From Auanema rhodensis (Eukaryota > Animalia > Nematoda): a DNA stretch of 64,000 nucleotides. The notes beneath the pieces are model-generated. The model did no database searches and was not told the DNA's origin. It saw only the letters and a list, made by a program, of their open reading frames with translations. The position numbers and the translations under genes are program-made. Numbering within the stretch: the stretch's first letter is position 1; every line of letters begins with the position of its first letter. Below, in pieces: positions 56,601 through 64,000 of the stretch. Location: contig OZ059895.1 in NCBI GenBank assembly GCA_964057225.1, forward strand, positions 23,002,001-23,066,000, given 5' to 3'.

Positions 56601-58248
56601 GTAGTATAGTGCATTCGATGCGGATTTTTAAGCTGCGTCGATCTGTGTTATCAGATTTGCGCTAGCTTAAAAATGCACCGAGATATCAACTGATATATGT
56701 TCACACTGATATCCTCGATTTTCACCCTGAAGAATTAATTTTTTCGTTGAATAACAATGTCCATCGTCTTTGCCTTGAAAAAAGGAATCTAAAAACATCT
56801 ACTTTTTGCTAAATTATTTTGAAATTTTTCGAAAAAATTTTTGTCAAAATGTTTTTGGAAGCAATGTTGAGTGTACATGGAAACTCAACATACACTAATG
56901 CATCATTTTTCAAACGATCATAACTAATTTTTGTATTAAGCGTTTCTCAATGTAGTATAGTGCATTCGATGCGGATTTTGAAGCTGCATCGATCTGTGTT
57001 ATCAGATTTGCGCTAGCTTAAAAATGCACCGAGATATCAACTGATATAAGTTCACACTTATATCCTCGATTTTCACCCTGAAGAATTAATTTTTTCGTTG
57101 AATAACAATGTCCATCGTCTTTGCCTTGAAAAAAGAAATCTAAAAACATCTACTTTTTGCTAAATTATTTTGAAATTTTTCGAAAAAATTTTTGTCAAAA
57201 TGTTTTTGGAAGCAATGTTGAGTGTACATGGAAACTCAACATACACTAATGCATCATTTTTCAAACGATCATAACTAATTTTTGTATTAAGCGTTTCTCA
57301 ATGTAGTATAGTGCATTCGATGCGGATTTTTAAGCTGCGTCGATCTGTTTTATCAGATTTGCGCTAGCTTAAAAATGCACCGAGATATCAACTGATATAA
57401 GTTCACACTTATATCCTCGATTTTCACCCTGAAGAATTAATTTTTTCGTTGAATAACAATGTCTATCGTCTTTGCCTTGAAAAAAGGAATCTAAAAACAT
57501 CTACTTTTTGCTAAATTATTTTGAAATTTTTCGAAAAAATTTTTGTCAAAATGTTTTTGGAAGCAATGTTGAGTGTACATGGAAACTCAACATACACTAA
57601 TGCATCATTTTTCAAACGATCATAACTAATTTTTGTATTAAGCGTTTCTCAATGTAGTATAGTGCATTCGATGCGGATTTTGAAGCTGCATCGATCTGTG
57701 TTATCAGATTTGCGCTAGCTTAAAAATGCACCGAGATATCAACTGATATAAGTTCACACTTATATCCTCGATTTTCACCCTGAAGAATTAATTTTTTCGT
57801 TGAATAACAATGTCCATCGTCTTTGCCTTGAAAAAAGAAATCTAAAAACATCTACTTTTTGCTAAATTATTTTGAAATTTTTCGAAAAAATTTTTGTCAA
57901 AATGTTTTTGGAAGCAATGTTGAGTGTACATGGAAACTCAACATACACTAATGCATCATTTTTCAAACGATCATAACTAATTTTTGTATTAAGCGTTTCT
58001 CAATGTAGTATAGTGCATTCGATGCGGATTTTTAAGCTGCGTCGATCTGTTTTATCAGATTTGCGCTAGCTTAAAAATGCACCGAGATACCAACTGATAT
58101 AAGTTCACACTTATATCCTCGATTTTCACCCTGAAGAATTAATTTTTTCGTTGAATAACAATGTCTATCGTCTTCGCCTTGAAAAAAGGAATCTAAAAGC
58201 ATCTACTTTTTGCTAAATTATTTCGAAATTTTTCGAAAAAATTTTTGT
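53686..58248 (+). repeat. 7-monomer duplication (2457-bp offset)
   Basis: Matching monomer pairs: ttgaatatg 53686/56143, cactgatat 54037/56494, ttttgaagctgcat 54388/56845 and 55090/57547, taccaac plus aagcatc 55441/57898. Confidence 0.9.
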
Positions 58249-60003
58249 CAAAATGTTTTTGGAAGCAATGTTGAGTGTACATGGAAACTCAACATACACT
58301 AATGCATCATTTTTCAAACGATCATAACTAATTTTTGTATTAAGCGTTTCTCAATGTAGTATAGTGCATTCGATGCGGATTTTTAAGCTGCATCGATCTG
58401 TGTTATCAGATTTGCGCTAGCTTAAAAATGCACCGAGATATCAACTGATATAAGTTCACACTTATATCCTCGATTTTCACCCTGAAGAATTAATTTTTTC
58501 GTTGAATAACAATGTCCATCGTCTTTGCCTTGAAAAAAGAAATCTAAAAACATCTACTTTTTGCTAAATTATTTTGAAATTTTTCGAAAAAATTTTTGTC
58601 AAAATGTTTTTGGAAGCAATGTTGAGTGTACATGGAAACTCAACATACACTAATGCATCATTTTTCAAACGATCATAACTAATTTTTGTATTAAGCGTTT
58701 CTCAATGTAGTATAGTGCATTCGATGCGGATTTTTAAGCTGCGTCGATCTGTGTTATCAGATTTGCGCTAGCTTAAAAATGCACCGAGATATCAACTGAT
58801 ATATGTTCACACTTATATCCTCGATTTTCACCCTGAAGAATTAATTTTTTCGTTGAATAACAATGTCCATCGTCTTTGCCTTGAAAAAAGAAATCTAAAA
58901 ACATCTACTTTTTGCTAAATTATTTTGAAATTTTTCGAAAAAATTTTTGTCAAAATGTTTTTGGAAGCAATGTTGAGTGTACATGGAAACTCAACATACA
59001 CTAATGCATCATTTTTCAAACGATCATAACTAATTTTTGTATTAAGCGTTTCTCAATGTAGTATAGTGCATTCGATGCGGATTTTTAAGCTGCGTCGATC
59101 TGTTTTATCAGATTTGCGCTAGCTTAAAAATGCACCGAGATACCAACTGATATAAGTTCACACTTATATCCTCGATTTTCACCCTGAAGAATTAATTTTT
59201 TCGTTGAATAACAATGTCTATCGTCTTCGCCTTGAAAAAAGGAATCTAAAAGCATCTACTTTTTGCTAAATTATTTCGAAATTTTTCGAAAAAATTTTTG
59301 TCAAAATGTTTTTGGAAGCAATGTTGAGTGTACATGGAAACTCAACATACACTAATGCATCATTTTTCAAACGATCATAACTAATTTTTGTATTAAGCGT
59401 TTCTCAATGTAGTATAGTGCATTCGATGCGGATTTTTAAGCTGCATCGATCTGTGTTATCAGATTTGCGCTAGCTTAAAAATGCACCGAGATATCAACTG
59501 ATATAAGTTCACACTTATATCCTCGATTTTCACCCTGAAGAATTAATTTTTTCGTTGAATAACAATGTCCATCGTCTTTGCCTTGAAAAAAGAAATCTAA
59601 AAACATCTACTTTTTGCTAAATTATTTTGAAATTTTTCGAAAAAATTTTTGTCAAAATGTTTTTGGAAGCAATGTTGAGTGTACATGGAAACTCAACATA
59701 CACTAATGCATCATTTTTCAAACGATCATAACTAATTTTTGTATTAAGCGTTTCTCAATGTAGTATAGTGCATTCGATGCGGATTTTTAAGCTGCGTCGA
59801 TCTGTGTTATCAGATTTGCGCTAGCTTAAAAATGCACCGAGATATCAACTGATATATGTTCACACTTATATCCTCGATTTTCACCCTGAAGAATTAATTT
59901 TTTCGTTGAATAACAATGTCCATCGTCTTTGCCTTGAAAAAAGAAATCTAAAAACATCTACTTTTTGCTAAATTATTTTGAAATTTTTCGAAAAAATTTT
60001 TGT
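57898..60003 (+). repeat. 3-monomer higher-order repeat x2 (1053 bp)
   Basis: Monomers at 57898, 58249 and 58600 are repeated at 58951, 59302 and 59653. Confidence 0.85.
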
Positions 60004-63000
60004 CAAAATGTTTTTGGAAGCAATGTTGAGTGTACATGGAAACTCAACATACACTAATGCATCATTTTTCAAACGATCATAACTAATTTTTGTATTAAGC
60101 GTTTCTCAATGTAGTATAGTGCATTCGATGCGGATTTTTAAGCTGCGTCGATCTGTGTTATCAGATTTGCGCTAGCTTAAAAATGCACCGAGATATCAAC
60201 TGATATATGTTCACACTTATATCCTCGATTTTCACCCTGAAGAATTAATTTTTTCGTTGAATAACAATGTCCATCGTCTTTGCCTTGAAAAAAGGAATCT
60301 AAAAACATCTACTTTTTGCTAAATTATTTTGAAATTTTTCGAAAAAATTTTTGTCAAAATGTTTTTGGAAGTAATGTTGAGTGTACATGGAAACTCAACA
60401 TACACTAATGCATCATTTTTCAAACGATCATAACTAATTTTTGTATTAAGCGTTTCTCAATGTAGTATAGTGCATTCGATGCGGATTTTTAAGCTGCATC
60501 GATCTGTGTTATCAGATTTGCGCTAGCTTAAAAATGCACCGAGATATCAACTGATATAAGTTCACACTTATATCCTCGATTTTCACCCTGAAGAATTAAT
60601 TTTTTCGTTGAATAACAATGTCCATCGTCTTTGCCTTGAAAAAAGGAATCTAAAAACATCTACTTTTTGCTAAATTATTTTGAAATTTTTCGAAAAAATT
60701 TTTGTCAAAATGTTTTTGGAAGCAATGTTGAGTGTACATGGAAACTCAACATACACTAATGCATCATTTTTCAAACGATCATAACTAATTTTTGTATTAA
60801 GCGTTTCTCAATGTAGTATAGTGCATTCGATGCGGATTTTTAAGCTGCGTCGATCTGTGTTATCAGATTTCCGCTAGCTTAAAAATGCACCGAGATATCA
60901 ACTGATATAAGTTCACACTTATATCCTCGATTTTCACCCTGAAGAATTAATTTTTTCGTTGAATAACATCGTCCATCGTCTTTGCCTTAAAAAAAGGAAT
61001 CTAAAAACATCTACGTTTTGCTAAATTATCTTGAAATTTTTCGAAAAAATTTTTGTCAAAATGTTTTTGGAAGCAATGTTGAGTGTACATGGAAACTCAA
61101 CATACACTAATGCATCATTTTTCAAACGATCATAACTAATTTTTGTATTAAGCGTTTCTCAATGTAGTATAGTGCATTCGATGCGGATTTTTAAGCTGCG
61201 TCGATCTGTGTTATCAGATTTGCGCTAGCTTAAAAATGCACCGAGATATCAACTGATATATGTTCACACTTATATCCTCGATTTTCACCCTGAAGAATTA
61301 ATTTTTTCGTTGAATAACAATGTCCATCGTCTTTGCCTTGAAAAAAGGAATCTAAAAACATCTACTTTTTGCTAAATTATTTCGAAATTTTTCGAAAAAA
61401 TTTTTGTCAAAATGTTTTTGGAAGCAATGTTGAGTGTACATGGAAACTCAACATACACTAATGCATCATTTTTCAAACGATCATAACTAATTTTTGTATT
61501 AAGCGTTTCTCAATGTAGTATAGTGCATTCGATGCGGATTTGTAAGCTGCGTCGATCTGTGTTATCAGATTTGCGCTAGCTTAAAAATGCACCGAGATAT
61601 CAACTGATATATGTTCACACTTATATCCTCGATTTTCACCCTGAAGAATTAATTTTTTCGTTGAATAACAATGTCCATCGTCTTTGCCTTGAAAAAAGGA
61701 ATCTAAAAACATCTACTTTTTGCTAAATTATTTTGAAATTTTTCGAAAAAATTTTTGTCAAAATGTTTTTGGAAGTAATGTTGAGTGTACATGGAAACTC
61801 AACATACACTAATGCATCATTTTTCAAACGATCATAACTAATTTTTGTATTAAGCGTTTCTCAATGTAGTATAGTGCATTCGATGCGGATTTTTAAGCTG
61901 CATCGATCTGTGTTATCAGATTTGCGCTAGCTTAAAAATGCACCGAGATATCAACTGATATAAGTTCACACTTATATCCTCGATTTTCACCCTGAAGAAT
62001 TAATTTTTTCGTTGAATAACAATGTCCATCGTCTTTGCCTTGAAAAAAGGAATCTAAAAACATCTACTTTTGCTAAATTATTTTGAAATTTTTCGAAAAA
62101 ATTTTTGTCAAAATGTTTTTGGAAGCAATGTTGAGTGTACATGGAAACTCAACATACACTAATGCATCATTTTTCAAACGATCATAACTAATTTTTGTAT
62201 TAAGCGTTTCTCAATGTAGTATAGTGCATTCGATGCGGATTTTTAAGCTGCGTCGATCTGTGTTATCAGATTTGCGCTAGCTTAAAAATGCACCGAGATA
62301 TCAACTGATATAAGTTCACACTTATATCCTCGATTTTCACCCTGAAGAATTAATTTTTTCGTTGAATAACATCGTCCATCGTCTTTGCCTTAAAAAAAGG
62401 AATCTAAAAACATCTACGTTTTGCTAAATTATCTTGAAATTTTTCGAAAAAATTTTTGTCAAAATGTTTTTGGAAGCAATGTTGAGTGTACATGGAAACT
62501 CAACATACACTAATGCATCATTTTTCAAACGATCATAACTAATTTTTGTATTAAGCGTTTCTCAATGTAGTATAGTGCATTCGATGCGGATTTTTAAGCT
62601 GCGTCGATCTGTGTTATCAGATTTGCGCTAGCTTAAAAATGCACCGAGATATCAACTGATATATGTTCACACTTATATCCTCGATTTTCACCCTGAAGAA
62701 TTAATTTTTTCGTTGAATAACAATGTCCATCGTCTTTGCCTTGAAAAAAGGAATCTAAAAACATCTACTTTTTGCTAAATTATTTTGAAATTTTTCGAAA
62801 AAATTTTTGTCAAAATGTTTTTGGAAGTAATGTTGAGTGTACATGGAAACTCAACATACACTAATGCATCATTTTTCAAACGATCATAACTAATTTTTGT
62901 ATTAAGCGTTTCTCAATGTAGTATAGTGCATTCGATGCGGATTTTTAAGCTGCATCGATCTGTGTTATCAGATTTGCGCTAGCTTAAAAATGCACCGAGA

Positions 63001-64000
63001 TATCAACTGATATAAGTTCACACTTATATCCTCGATTTTCACCCTGAAGAATTAATTTTTTCGTTGAATAACAATGTCCATCGTCTTTGCCTTGAAAAAA
63101 GGAATCTAAAAACATCTACTTTTGCTAAATTATTTTGAAATTTTTCGAAAAAATTTTTGTCAAAATGTTTTTGGAAGCAATGTTGAGTGTACATGGAAAC
63201 TCAACATACACTAATGCATCATTTTTCAAACGATCATAACTAATTTTTGTATTAAGCGTTTCTCAATGTAGTATAGTGCATTCGATGCGGATTTTTAAGC
63301 TGCGTCGATCTGTGTTATCAGATTTGCGCTAGCTTAAAAATGCACCGAGATATCAACTGATATATGTTCACACTTATATCCTCGATTTTCACCCTGAAGA
63401 ATTAATTTTTTCGTTGAATAACAATGTCCATCGTCTTTGCCTTGAAAAAAGGAATCTAAAAACATCTACTTTTTGCTAAATTATTTCGAAATTTTTCGAA
63501 AAAATTTTTGTCAAAATGTTTTTGGAAGCAATGTTGAGTGTACATGGAAACTCAACATACACTAATGCATCATTTTTCAAACGATCATAACTAATTTTTG
63601 TATTAAGCGTTTCTCAATGTAGTATAGTGCATTCGATGCGGATTTTTAAGCTGCGTCGATCTGTGTTATCAGATTTGCGCTAGCTTAAAAATGCACCGAG
63701 ATATCAACTGATATAAGTTCACACTTATATCCTCGATTTTCACCCTGAAGAATTAATTTTTTCGTTGAATAACATCGTCCATCGTCTTTGCCTTAAAAAA
63801 AGGAATCTAAAAACATCTACGTTTTGCTAAATTATCTTGAAATTTTTCGAAAAAATTTTTGTCAAAATGTTTTTGGAAGCAATGTTGAGTGTACATGGAA
63901 ACTCAACATACACTAATGCATCATTTTTCAAACGATCATAACTAATTTTTGTATTAAGCGTTTCTCAATGTAGTATAGTGCATTCGATGCGGATTTTTAA

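Larger units (their letters stand above)
1..64000. repeat. Tandem satellite DNA array, ~351-bp AT-rich monomer, ~182.4 copies, single orientation, runs off both window ends
   Basis: The motif caaaatgtttttggaagc recurs at 1, 351, 702, 1052, 1403, 1754 ... 63161, 63512 and 63863. Monomers differ by only a few substitutions or 1-3 bp indels. No unique sequence is present. Confidence 0.99.

Noticed and set aside
1-64000. CRISPR array or other repeat-spacer system
   Set aside because: There are no unique spacers, since the sequence between hairpins is as conserved as the hairpins, and no cas genes.
1-64000. Compensatory covariation proving selection on the hairpins
   Set aside because: Many amplified variants break stems (ttaagt, aactaaac, 3-bp deletion, ttgaatatg, tatgttc, ttagatc) and I saw no paired compensatory changes. 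A few variants extend stems (gctatg, cagatctg, atcc), but no more than chance might give.
1-64000. Assignment to a named ~350-360-bp insect satellite (Drosophila 1.688, Tribolium TCAST, Pimelia PIM357)
   Set aside because: Only the size and AT-richness are similar. I cannot confirm sequence homology without a search.

Overview
The whole window is one uninterrupted, head-to-tail tandem satellite DNA array. It contains 182 complete monomers plus a 138-bp partial one, all in the same orientation. The monomer is 351 bp (range 348-353) and about 31% GC by hand count of the consensus. I see no genes, RNA genes, transposon insertions, inversions or CRISPR spacers. The monomer size, AT-richness, clustered A-tracts and lack of CpG depletion fit a eukaryotic (peri)centromeric or heterochromatic satellite, but I cannot name the family or species. 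Two layers of structure stand out. First, about half of each monomer lies within four inverted-repeat (hairpin/cruciform) modules, one of which spans the monomer boundary used here. Second, diagnostic variants show a patchwork of local, nested higher-order repeats (2-, 3-, 4-, 7-, 9-, 10-, 12-, 13-, 14- and 24-monomer spacings), chimeric monomers and a sharp change in variant set near 50.2 kb. The ORF-track hits are best explained as chance open frames in particular monomer variants. All counts and coordinates were read by eye.
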